Shown here piece by piece: positions 1 through 11,587 of a DNA stretch of 64,000 nt (its first letter is position 1; the number at the start of each line of letters is the position of its first letter). The notes under the pieces are model-generated. The model saw nothing but the letters and a program-made list of their open reading frames with translations, did not search any database and had not been told where the DNA came from. The position numbers were made by a program, and so were the translations under genes. The stretch covers positions 11,532,001 to 11,596,000 of the forward strand of contig NC_091286.1 of the NCBI RefSeq assembly GCF_032444005.1, read 5' to 3'. This DNA is from Ranitomeya imitator. Lineage: Eukaryota.

Positions 1-3000
1 CACTGATGGGGCAGAGTGCTGGACACTGATGGGGCAGAGTGCTGGACACTGATGGGGCAGAGTGCTGGACACTGATGGGGCAGAGTGCTGGACACTGATG
101 GGGCAGAGTGCTGGACACTGATGGGGCAGAGTGCTGGACACTGATGGGGCAGAGTGCTGGACACTGATGGGGCAGAGTGCTGGACACTGATGGGGCAGAG
201 TGCTGGACACTGATGGGGCAGAGTGCTGGACACTGATGGGGCAGAGTGCTGGACACTGATGGGGCAGAGTGCTGGACACTGATGGGGCAGAGTGCTGGAC
301 ACTGATGGGGCAGAGTGCTGGACACTGATGGGGCAGAGTGCTGGACACTGATGGGGCAGAGTGCTGGACACTGATGGGGCAGAGTGCTGGACACTGATGG
401 GGCAGAGTGCTGGACACTGATGGGGCAGAGTGCTGGACACTGATGGGGCAGAGTGCTGGACACTGATGGGGCAGAGTGCTGGACACTGATGGGGCAGAGT
501 GCTGGACACTGATGGGGCAGAGTGCTGGACACTGATGGGGCAGAGTGCTGGACACTGATGGGGCAGAGTGCTGGACACTGATGGGGCAGAGTGCTGGACA
601 CTGATGGGGCAGAGTGCTGGACACTGATGGGGCAGAGTGCTGGACACTGATGGGGCAGAGTGCTGGACACTGATGGGGCAGAGTGCTGGACACTGATGGG
701 GCAGAGTGCTGGACACTGATGGGGCAGAGTGCTGGACACTGATGGGGCAGAGTGCTGGACACTGATGGGGCAGAGTGCTGGACACTGATGGGGCAGAGTG
801 CTGGACACTGATGGGGCAGAGTGCTGGACACTGATGGGGCAGAGTGCTGGACACTGATGGGGCAGAGTGCTGGACACTGATGGGGCAGAGTGCTGGACAC
901 TGATGGGGCAGAGTGCTGGACACTGATGGGGCAGAGTGCTGGACACTGATGGGGCAGAGTGCTGGACACTGATGGGGCAGAGTGCTGGACACTGATGGGG
1001 CAGAGTGCTGGACACTGATGGGGCAGAGTGCTGGACACTGATGGGGCAGAGTGCTGGACACTGATGGGGCAGAGTGCTGGACACTGATGGGGCAGAGTGC
1101 TGGACACTGATGGGGCAGAGTGCTGGACACTGATGGGGCAGAGTGCTGGACACTGATGGGGCAGAGTGCTGGACACTGATGGGGCAGAGTGCTGGACACT
1201 GATGGGGCAGAGTGCTGGACACTGATGGGGCAGAGTGCTGGACACTGATGGGGCAGAGTGCTGGACACTGATGGGGCAGAGTGCTGGACACTGATGGGGC
1301 AGAGTGCTGGACACTGATGGGGCAGAGTGCTGGACACTGATGGGGCAGAGTGCTGGACACTGATGGGGCAGAGTGCTGGACACTGATGGGGCAGAGTGCT
1401 GGACACTGATGGGGCAGAGTGCTGGACACTGATGGGGCAGAGTGCTGGACACTGATGGGGCAGAGTGCTGGACACTGATGGGGCAGAGTGCTGGACACTG
1501 ATGGGGCAGAGTGCTGGACACTGATGGGGCAGAGTGCTGGACACTGATGGGGCAGAGTGCTGGACACTGATGGGGCAGAGTGCTGGACACTGATGGGGCA
1601 GAGTGCTGGACACTGATGGGGCAGAGTGCTGGACACTGATGGGGCAGAGTGCTGGACACTGATGGGGCAGAGTGCTGGACACTGATGGGGCAGAGTGCTG
1701 GACACTGATGGGGCAGAGTGCTGGACACTGATGGGGCAGAGTGCTGGACACTGATGGGGCAGAGTGCTGGACACTGATGGGGCAGAGTGCTGGACACTGA
1801 TGGGGCAGAGTGCTGGACACTGATGGGGCAGAGTGCTGGACACTGATGGGGCAGAGTGCTGGACACTGATGGGGCAGAGTGCTGGACACTGATGGGGCAG
1901 AGTGCTGGACACTGATGGGGCAGAGTGCTGGACACTGATGGGGCAGAGTGCTGGACACTGATGGGGCAGAGTGCTGGACACTGATGGGGCAGAGTGCTGG
2001 ACACTGATGGGGCAGAGTGCTGGACACTGATGGGGCAGAGTGCTGGACACTGATGGGGCAGAGTGCTGGACACTGATGGGGCAGAGTGCTGGACACTGAT
2101 GGGGCAGAGTGCTGGACACTGATGGGGCAGAGTGCTGGACACTGATGGGGCAGAGTGCTGGACACTGATGGGGCAGAGTGCTGGACACTGATGGGGCAGA
2201 GTGCTGGACACTGATGGGGCAGAGTGCTGGACACTGATGGGGCAGAGTGCTGGACACTGATGGGGCAGAGTGCTGGACACTGATGGGGCAGAGTGCTGGA
2301 CACTGATGGGGCAGAGTGCTGGACACTGATGGGGCAGAGTGCTGGACACTGATGGGGCAGAGTGCTGGACACTGATGGGGCAGAGTGCTGGACACTGATG
2401 GGGCAGAGTGCTGGACACTGATGGGGCAGAGTGCTGGACACTGATGGGGCAGAGTGCTGGACACTGATGGGGCAGAGTGCTGGACACTGATGGGGCAGAG
2501 TGCTGGACACTGATGGGGCAGAGTGCTGGACACTGATGGGGCAGAGTGCTGGACACTGATGGGGCAGAGTGCTGGACACTGATGGGGCAGAGTGCTGGAC
2601 ACTGATGGGGCAGAGTGCTGGACACTGATGGGGCAGAGTGCTGGACACTGATGGGGCAGAGTGCTGGACACTGATGGGGCAGAGTGCTGGACACTGATGG
2701 GGCAGAGTGCTGGACACTGATGGGGCAGAGTGCTGGACACTGATGGGGCAGAGTGCTGGACACTGATGGGGCAGAGTGCTGGACACTGATGGGGCAGAGT
2801 GCTGGACACTGATGGGGCAGAGTGCTGGACACTGATGGGGCAGAGTGCTGGACACTGATGGGGCAGAGTGCTGGACACTGATGGGGCAGAGTGCTGGACA
2901 CTGATGGGGCAGAGTGCTGGACACTGATGGGGCAGAGTGCTGGACACTGATGGGGCAGAGTGCTGGACACTGATGGGGCAGAGTGCTGGACACTGATGGG

Positions 3001-3600
3001 GCAGAGTGCTGGACACTGATGGGGCAGAGTGCTGGACACTGATGGGGCAGAGTGCTGGACACTGATGGGGCAGAGTGCTGGACACTGATGGGGCAGAGTG
3101 CTGGACACTGATGGGGCAGAGTGCTGGACACTGATGGGGCAGAGTGCTGGACACTGATGGGGCAGAGTGCTGGACACTGATGGGGCAGAGTGCTGGACAG
3201 AGATGGGGCAGAGTGCTGGACAGAGATGGGGCAGAGTGCTGGACAGAGATGGGGCAGAGTGCTGGACAGAGATGGGGCAGAGTGCTGGACAGAGATGGGG
3301 CAGAGTGCTGGACAGAGATGGGGCAGAGTGCTGGACAGAGATGGGGCAGAGTGCTGGACAGAGATGGGGCAGAGTGCTGGACAGAGATAGGGCAGAGTGC
3401 TGGACAGAGATGGGGCAGAGTGCTGGACAGAGATGGGGCAGAGTGCTGGACAGAGATGGGGCAGAGTGCTGGACAGAGATGGGGCAGAGTGCTGGACAGA
3501 GATGGGGCAGAGTGCTGGACACAGATGGGGCAGAGTGCTGGACACAGATGGGGCAGAGTGCTGGACACAGATGGGGCAGAGTGCTGGACACAGATGGGGC
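1..3600. repeat. 23-bp minisatellite (CACTGATGGGGCAGAGTGCTGGA)n, ~155 copies, truncated by window start
   Basis: Unit read directly; apparently invariant to ~3195, then AGA and ACA variants, then degenerate after 3600. Confidence 0.98.
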
Positions 3601-4837
3601 AGGATTGGAAACAGATGGGGCAGAATGGAGACAGATGGGGCAAGATTGGAGACAGATGGGGCAGGATGGATACGATGGAGACAGATGGGGCAGGATGGGG
3701 AGATAATATGGGGCAGAATGGATACTCATGAGGGCAGGATGGGAGAACATATGGCTGGAGCCAGGAATGAGACACACGGGGGCTAGGATGGCGAATATTA
3801 CCATAGGGGCTAATTAAGGGATATTATTATTGCAGTGATGTATTTATTTTATTTTTTGAGTATACTGTTTTAAATGGGGGGGGAGGTCCTGTTACTGTGT
3901 AGAGTGATACTATGTTGCCTTCTTCATGTGGCGTAATGTAGAAGTTGGGAAAATTAAGTAATGTGTTCTACAAGCGGAACTCGAGATAACTGTTTTATTT
4001 CCTGCAGAGACGAGTCCTGGCTGGATGAAGTGATGGCGGTCTGTGCTGGATGAAAGATGAAGGACTTCAGCTAGAGACGTCACTGGTGAGTCAGTGTTAC
4101 CTATACACTGACACTATACACTGTATACTATATACAGAGCTCCTGTGTATAATGTCACCAGTGATCACTGTATTACCTATGCATTATATACAGAGCTCCT
4201 GTGTGTAATGTCACCGGTGATCACTGTATTACCTGTACACAGACACTGCTTACTGATTACAGATCTCCTGTGCATAATGGCACTGCTGGTGATAGTATTG
4301 TGGGTTTTTTTTTATTACTGATCAGTATTGTAGTATTCAGTCATTTGTGGTTATATGCGGTCTGGTCATGGTGTAGCTGTATTTGTTCCTTGTATGTGAT
4401 ATTATTCGATCACTGTGGTGGTAATATGTCATCTGGTCATAGTGCTGTGGTATTTGTTCCTTCTATGTGATATTATAGATCATTTTAAAAATTGAAAAAT
4501 AAATAAAAATATACCTAAATTGTATTGCATATTTTAACAAATATTTAGTAGGTTACAGTACAGTAGGGCCCGGCCAAAAGTGTCTACCGTGTTATGGCGG
4601 CTTAAAAAATCTTTTGGCCAAAACAAAAGCTGCCGGCTATATGTGTGATCTGGTGATGGGAACTGTCAATGTGTGATAGGTGAGAAGTGGAGATTTTCCA
4701 AGAGAGAGCGGTGGGACTGTGGACAGTTCGAGGGGTGGAGCCTGGAGGCGGGGCTGGGGTGGAGCCTAGGCGGAGTCTCAAGGGGGCCCCGAAAATTTTG
4801 CCAGTATGGTGCCCCGAAATTTCTAGTGGCAGCCCTG
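3601..4837. mobile_element. Probable right part of a non-autonomous DNA transposon (hAT-like CAGGG terminus)
   Basis: Ends in ...CTAGTGGCAGCCCTG (reverse complement CAGGGCTGCC) at 4837; the degenerate 23-bp array grades into it; the other end would lie outside the window, so TIR and TSD cannot be confirmed. Confidence 0.35.
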
Positions 4838-5337
4838 GGTTTACATTATACCATGTTAGTAGTGAAGGGTTAATGCCGCCCGTGCTGGAGGTTGGTCCTC
4901 GCTGTGGGGCACACAGGGCACCGGGTTCTCCTCGGCACTTTTCGGCGCACACATGGTGAACCCTCCCTGGCGCTGCTGCAGCCGCTGAGCGGTAACGTCC
5001 TCCTCCTGGACGCGCTCACAGCCGCTGCCGTGAATCGTCTTTTGCTCTTCATTTAGTTTGAAATGTTTCCAAGTGAAGCAAATCAGGAGCCATTATCGCG
5101 GTGAGGGGCCGCGCGGCACGGAGAGGGGGCCGCATATTCCAATGAGCTGATGGACCTGACAAGGGAGTTTACTACAGAAAGTGATGGCGGCGGATTTATT
5201 ATCACCGGCGATCAGCGCGACACGGGGAGACAAACACCCGTGATAGGAGAAAGACGAGCGCAGCCCACCCCTGCATGAAGACCCCCAGAAAAGGAAGACC
5301 CCTCCACCTGTCAACATGTATGTGCAGCTCTGGGTGT

Positions 5338-5452
5338 AAATAATAATAATCTTTATATTTATATAGTGCTTACATATTCCGCAGCGCTTTACAAACATTA
5401 TCATCGCTGTCCCCGATAGGGCTCACAATCTACATTCCCTATCAGTATGTCT
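5338..5452 (-). mobile_element. 3' tail fragment of an L2-type LINE/SINE
   Basis: Minus strand reads ...TGTAAAGCGCTGCGGAATATGTAAGCACTATATAAAT followed by an (ATT)n tail; similar to the L2 tails at 61157 and 61925. Confidence 0.6.
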
Positions 5453-6790
5453 TACCCTCCAGTCACCTCCAGAGCTGCAGTCACTGCCCTACTGTTACAC
5501 TGTGTCTTACCCTCCAGTCACCTCCAGAGCTGCAGTCACTGCCCTACTGTTACTCTGTGTCTTACCCTCCAGTCACCACCAGAGCTGCAGTCACTGCTCT
5601 ACTGTTACACTGTGCCTTACCCTCCTGTCACCTCCAGAGCTGCAGTCACTGCCCTACTGTTACACTGTGTCTTACCCTCCAGTCACCTCCAGAGCTGCAG
5701 TCACTGCCCTACTGTTACTCTGTGTCTTACCCTCCAGTCACCACCAGAGCTGCAGTCACTGCTCTACTGTTACACTGTGCCTTACCCTCCTGTCACCACC
5801 AGAGCTGCAGTCACTGCTCTACTGTTACACTGTGCCTTACCCTCCTGTCACCTCCAGAGCTGCAGTCACTGCCCTACTGTTACACTGTGTCTTACCCTCC
5901 AGTCACCTCCAGAGCTGCAGTCACTGCTCTACTGTTACACTGTGTCTTACCCTCCAGCCACCCCCAGAGCTGCAGTCACTGCCCTACTGTTACTCTGTGT
6001 CTTACCCTCCAGTCACCACCAGAGCTGCAGTCACTGCTCTACTGTTACACTGTGTCTTACCCTCCAGCCACCACCAGAGCTGCAGTCACTGCTCTACTGT
6101 TACACTGTGTCTTACCCTCCAGCCACCTCCAGAGCTGCAGTCACTGCCCTACTGTTACACTGTGTCTTACCCTCCTGTCACCACCAGAGCTGCAGTCACT
6201 GCTCTACTGTTACTCTGTGTCTTACCCTCCAGTCACCACCAGAGCTGCAGTCACTGCTCTACTGTTACACTGTGTCTTACCCTCCAGCCACCTCCAGAGC
6301 TGCAGTCACTGCCCTACTGTTACACTGTGTCTTACCCTCCAGTCACCTCCAGAGCTGCAGTCACTGCCCTACTGTTACTCTGTGTCTTACCCTCCAGTCA
6401 CCACCAGAGCTGCAGTCACTGCTCTACTGTTACACTGTGTCTTACCCTCCAGTCACCTCCAGAGCTGCAGTCACTGCTCTACTGTTACACTGTGTCTTAC
6501 CCTCCAGTCACCACCAGAGCTACAGTCACTGCTATACTGTTACTCTGTGTCTTACCCTCCAGTCACCACCAGAGCTGCAGTCACTGCTCTACTGTTACAC
6601 TGTGTCTTACCCTCCTGTCACCTCCAGAGCTGCAATCACTGCTCTACTGTTACATTGTGTCTTTTCCTCCAGTCACCACCAGAGTTGCAGTCACTACTCT
6701 ACTATTAGATTGTCTTTTCCTCCAGTCACCACCAGAGCTGCAGTCACTATTCCGCAGTTACATCAGGTCATACCCTCCAGAGCTGCGGTC
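5445..6790. repeat. 55-bp minisatellite, ~24 copies
   Basis: Unit TGTGTCTTACCCTCCAGTCACCTCCAGAGCTGCAGTCACTGCCCTACTGTTACAC; ORF starts are offset by 55 (5447/5502/5557). Confidence 0.95.
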
Positions 6791-6913
6791 ACAATGCTAT
6801 TAGCAGTAGATCATAGGCCGACAGCATTAGTAGATTTTGAATGCGCCCTCTCACCGGTAATACATCCCCCCCAATAATGCAGAGGACAGGCACAATGCTG
6901 CGGCCTCATACAC

Positions 6914-6927
6914 CCACTAGGGGGAGC
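6914..6927 (+). promoter_or_regulatory. CTCF-like core motif CCACTAGGGGGAGC
   Basis: Close match to the CCASYAGRKGGCRS core; motif match only. Confidence 0.45.
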
Positions 6928-7859
6928 AATGACGGTGAGCTCCTATAGATGGAGAGCAGACAGAAAACCAACAATATTGTGAATGCAGCTCTGGATGTGA
7001 CTTGAGCATAAGACAAGTGAAATCACTTCAGATGTCAGCTCCAGGGTCAGGCAGTATCGTCCAGCCGCGGCCCTGCCGTCTCCGCCCCTTCCCTCTGTGG
7101 CTCCTCCCATTACCAGCGCCTTTATTATATTCCGGGTGTTACAGTCAGCGGTGAGGACCCCAATAATCTGTCCGGTTGGAGACCCAAATACATCACATTA
7201 GCAAGATGGAGGAAAGGCGGAGCTGGGGGTCAACCTCCGCCTCCCTAACGGCCAACAGACCACCGTACTGACCGCCACGCTGGCCTTAACCTTCGTCCGG
7301 CTGAGTAGGTACAATTGTAACTATTCCGTTTTAAAATTGAAATAACTTTTTTTTTTCGAAAAGCCGTAGAGGGCTGAAATTTCGTGACATCTCTGCAGTT
7401 TTGGTCCAGAATATATTGGCCAAATTTCAAAAAAATATATATGAAGGTACAATTGTACCTCTGCAGCCTGTTAACGTTGTAAAATTATGCAGCCTGACGA
7501 AGGTTAAAGGGACGGTCCAGTCCTCCACTGGCTTTTAATCGTTATGTCAGAACCATTTATGCTGTGAATAGATACATTGTTTAATGCGTCTCAGGTGTCG
7601 GAGGCTGAAGCTCAGAGTCCCATCAATCCACAGCAAGAAGATCGGAGGACGGCGAGCCGCCAAAATAGCAAGAGAACTTTTCAATCTAATCTCCCATTTA
7701 AAAAGGTGAAGGTCATTTGGTTGTTTTTTTAACATCCATGTGGGGGCTCCTAGCGGTGCCGACACTGCAGGGGCCACGGGGTCAATAAATATGGACACAA
7801 GCGCAGGGTGCCAGCTACAGGTTCCCGTGTGGCCCTCAGCGGGCAGCCCCTGGACGCTC

Positions 7860-9630
7860 ACCACCAGGCCCCTCAGCAGGCCGCTCATCCCCGGGCAGCT
7901 CATCCCCAGGCCCCTCAGCGGGCCGCCCATCCCTGGGACCGCCTCTGGCAGCTCATCCCCGGGCCCCTCAGCGGGCAGCTCATCCCCGGGCCCCTCGGCG
8001 GACTGCTCATCCCTGGGACCGTCTCTGGCAGCTCATCCCCGGGCCCCTTGGCGGACTGCTCAACCCTGGGACCGCTTCTGGCAGCTCATCCCCGGGCCCC
8101 TCAGCGGGCCGCTCAATCCTGGGACCGCTTCTGGCAGCTCATCCTCGGGCCCCTCGGCGGGCAGCTCATCCCCGGGCCGCTCATCCCCAGGCCCCTCAGC
8201 GGGCCGCCCATCCCTGGGACCGCCTCTGGCAGCTCATCCCCGGGCCCCTCGGCGGGCAGCTCATCCCCGGGCCCCTCGGCGGACTGCTCATCCCTGGGAC
8301 CGTCTCTGGCAGCTCATCCCCGGGCCCCTCGGCGGACTGCTCAACCCTGGGACCGCTTCTGGCAGCTCATCCCCGGGCCCCTCATCCCCAGGCCCCTCAG
8401 CGGGCCGCCCATCCCTGGGACCGCCTCTGGCAGCTCAGCCCCGGGCCCCTCGGCGGGCAGCTCATCCCCGAGCCATTCAGCGGGCAGCTCATCCCCAGGC
8501 CCCTCAGCAGGCAGCTCATCCCCGGGCCCTTCGGCGGACTGCTCATCCCTGGGACCGCCTCTGGCAGCTCATCCCCGGGCCCCTCAGCGGGCAGCTCATC
8601 CCCGGGCCCCTCGGCGGACTGCTCATCCCTGGGACCGCTTCTGGCAGCTCATCCCCGGGCCCCTCAGCGGGCCGCTCAATCCTGGGACCGCTTCTGGCAG
8701 CTCATCCCCGGGCCCCTCAGCGGGCCGCTCAATCCTGGGACCGCTTCTGGCAGCTCATCCTCGGGCCCCTCGGCGGGCAGCTCATCCCCGGGCCGCTCAT
8801 CCCCAGGCCCCTCAGCGGGCCGCCCATCCCTGGGACCACCTCTGGCAGCTCAGCCCCGGGCCCCTCGGCAGGCAGCTCATCCCCGAGCCATTCAGCGGGC
8901 AGCTCATCCCCAGGCCCCTCAGCAGGCAGCTCATCCCCGGGCCCCTCGGCGGGCAGCTCTTCCCCAGGCCCCTCGGCGGGCAGCTCATCCCCGGGCCCCT
9001 CGGCGGGAAGCTCATCCCTGGGCCTCTCGTCTGGCAGCTCATCCCCGAGCCCCTCGGCGGCTAGCTGATCCCCGGGCCCCACGGCGGGCAGCTCATCCCC
9101 GGGCCCCTCAGTGGGCAGCTCATCCCCGGGCCCCTCAGCGGGCAGCTCATCCCCGGGCCCCTCAGTGGGCAGCTCATCCCCGGGCCCCTTGGCGGGAAGC
9201 TCATCCCCGAGCCCCTCGGCGGGAAGCTCATCCCTGGGCCCCTCGGCGGCTAGCTCATCCCCGGGAAGCTCATCCCCGGGCCCCTCGGCGGGAAGCTCAT
9301 CCCCGGGCAGCTCATCCCCGGGCCCCTCAGCGGTCAGCTCATCCCCGGGCAGCTCATCCCCGGGCCCCTCAGCGGGCAGCTCATCCCTGGGCCCCTCAGC
9401 GGGCAGCTCATCCCTGGGCCCCTCAGCGGGCAGCTCATCCCCGGGCCCCTCGGCGGCTAGCTCATCCCCGGGAAGCTCATCCCCGGGCCCCTCGGCGGCT
9501 AGCTCATCCCCGGGCAGCTCATCCCCGGGCCCCTCAGCGGGCAGCTCATCCCCGGGCAGCTCATCCCCGGGCCCCTCGGCGAGAAGCTCATCCCCGGGCC
9601 CCTCGGCGGGAAGCTCATCCCCGAGCCCCT
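7860..9630. repeat. GC-rich complex minisatellite built on a ~27-bp unit GGCAGCTCATCCCCGGGCCCCTCAGCG
   Basis: Repeating PGPSAGSSS translation; recurring higher-order blocks in 7860-8900. Confidence 0.93.
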
Positions 9631-10333
9631 CCCTTCATCCTAGAGCTCAGTGGCATTTCTTTGCTGCAGACTAGACTCTACGGTAATATCTGTATGACTG
9701 CTGTGACTTGTAGTCCTTCAGTACGAGGATGGTAAAGCAGAATGTGCGGCGGCCGCCCTGCGATCCGGCGAGGCTGCTGTATCCGCTAATCACGGCGGGA
9801 TAAGAGTCTTAGGTTAATACTCTCACGAACAAGAGGAGAGAAAAGCGGCTTATCTGCGTGACGGCCGCTAACAGCGAGGTCAGAGGATTAGATACAAATC
9901 CGACCAGGGAGGGGGCTACAACACAAGAATCATTCACCAGAAATGAGGAGTCCGCACCTACAAGAGCTCGTCACTAGTTCGGACTGAAACTACCCCGGAG
10001 GCACCACAAGCTTCACAGGTCACTGCAGCTTTATATCAAACTGTTACATTGTAGCAACCCGCGAGATTTAAAGGAGAAGAAACAAAAAAATCTCTGGTGA
10101 AATGTGAAAATGCTGAAGATTCCACCAAACATCCTTATACTCCAGTCACATCCAAAGCTGATGGTGAACAGATCTAACGGCTGTCCATCAGATACTGCAG
10201 TCACCTCCAGAGCTGCGTTCACACACGGTTTCCACTTTCGGAGTGCGGGTCCTATCGTGTTCTTCTTCCTGCAGAACATTGCACCGCGGGGGAAGCCACA
10301 TCATGGTAGCAAGAAAGAGAAAATGCAGCTTTA

Positions 10334-10661
10334 GGCTATGTGCACACGCTGCGGAATAGATTGCGGATTTTTCAGCGCGGATTCTGCAGGTAAAACGACC
10401 TGCGTTTTACCTGCAGATTCCCAGAGGATTTACCGCAGATTTTGTGCGGATTCCTATTGAGGAGCAGGTGTAATCCGCTGCGGAATCTGCACAAAGAATT
10501 GACATGCTGCAGAATATAAACCGCTGCGGAATATAAACCGCTGCGTTTCTGCAGCATGTGCACTGCGGATTTGGTTTTCCATAGGATTACATGGTACTGT
10601 ACACAGCATGGAAAACAGCTGAGAATCCGCGGCGTCAAATCTGCAACGTGTGCACATAGCC
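10334..10661. mobile_element. PIF/Harbinger-type (Tourist-like) MITE
   Basis: TIR GGCTATGTGCACACG at both ends; TTA TSD at 10331-10333 and 10662-10664. Confidence 0.9.
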
Positions 10662-11587
10662 TTAGATGTGACTCACAGAACTATGTACCCGAAATCCCGA
10701 CGTGCCGCAGGCTGCTGCACTGCATCGTCAAAGGTGTCTCCTCCATGACAGTGTCAGATACAAGGACTACAAGTCCCACCATGCACCAGAGCAGAGCAAA
10801 ACCAGCAACGACCAAAAATGAAGGGTGAACTCAGCAGTATGCAGCTCTGGATGTGAGTAGAGTACAAATAGGATACCAACGGGAGCCAACAGAGACATGG
10901 GACATCATACAACACAAACAGGAGCGTAAATTATGGATGCAGCTTGGGATGTGACTGGAGCACGATGTAGTGTGTAACCACCATGAGCCCACAGGAGGTG
11001 GGATACATCACAACCATCAGTATAGTTGCTGCAGCTCTGGCAGGGATTGGAGCATAGCAGACTACAGCTTTTCCTCTGCACCTGTGGAGGATTACACTGC
11101 GGTGTGTGCGACCTGCTGACAGCGGCTTCTCTGCGCTGGTGTCCGGGGAGCGGCGGGATTACACTGCATTTAATGTGACAACGCAAACGACCTGAATTCA
11201 GCAGAAAATACCAAACAATCTGACGGCTTCTTGGACGGCCCCTAATGAGATCCCCGGAGCCCCCCGATAACAACCTGCACGGAAATAAAGAGACGAGCTC
11301 CAACCTCTCACAAAAACACAGAATTACCTGAACCGACCCAAGAAATGCTAGAAACCAGCCGCCCCTCCCCCACCACCAAGAGAGGAAATAAAAGTATTTA
11401 TGGCTGCAAGTAATCCCGGGACCTCAGAACCGCCGGCGGAGCGTCTCGTGTTCTGCTGCGCAAGTCCCAAGGTGGCCGTGAGAAAAGCAAGAAGAAGCCG
11501 GAGAAGCGGAGGAAAAACACAACGACCTCCTGCTCCAGAACTACAGGTCACAGCAACGGCCGCAACATGTAATAATCAGCAAAACTC

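Noticed and set aside
3144-3786. ORFs of 129-195 aa (MLDTDGAECW...)
   Set aside because: Translations of the 23-bp array in a variant lacking TGA; no domain content
5447-6877. Three overlapping 383-476-aa ORFs
   Set aside because: All three frames are open because of the 55-bp repeat; no gene structure
7547-7740. Possible L1 ORF2 C-terminal remnant (LAILAARRPP...W)
   Set aside because: Similarity too short and weak to support without a database search
7740-9674. Ser/Pro/Gly-rich mucin-like ORFs
   Set aside because: Products of a 27-bp GC-rich array, open in several frames, antisense within an intron
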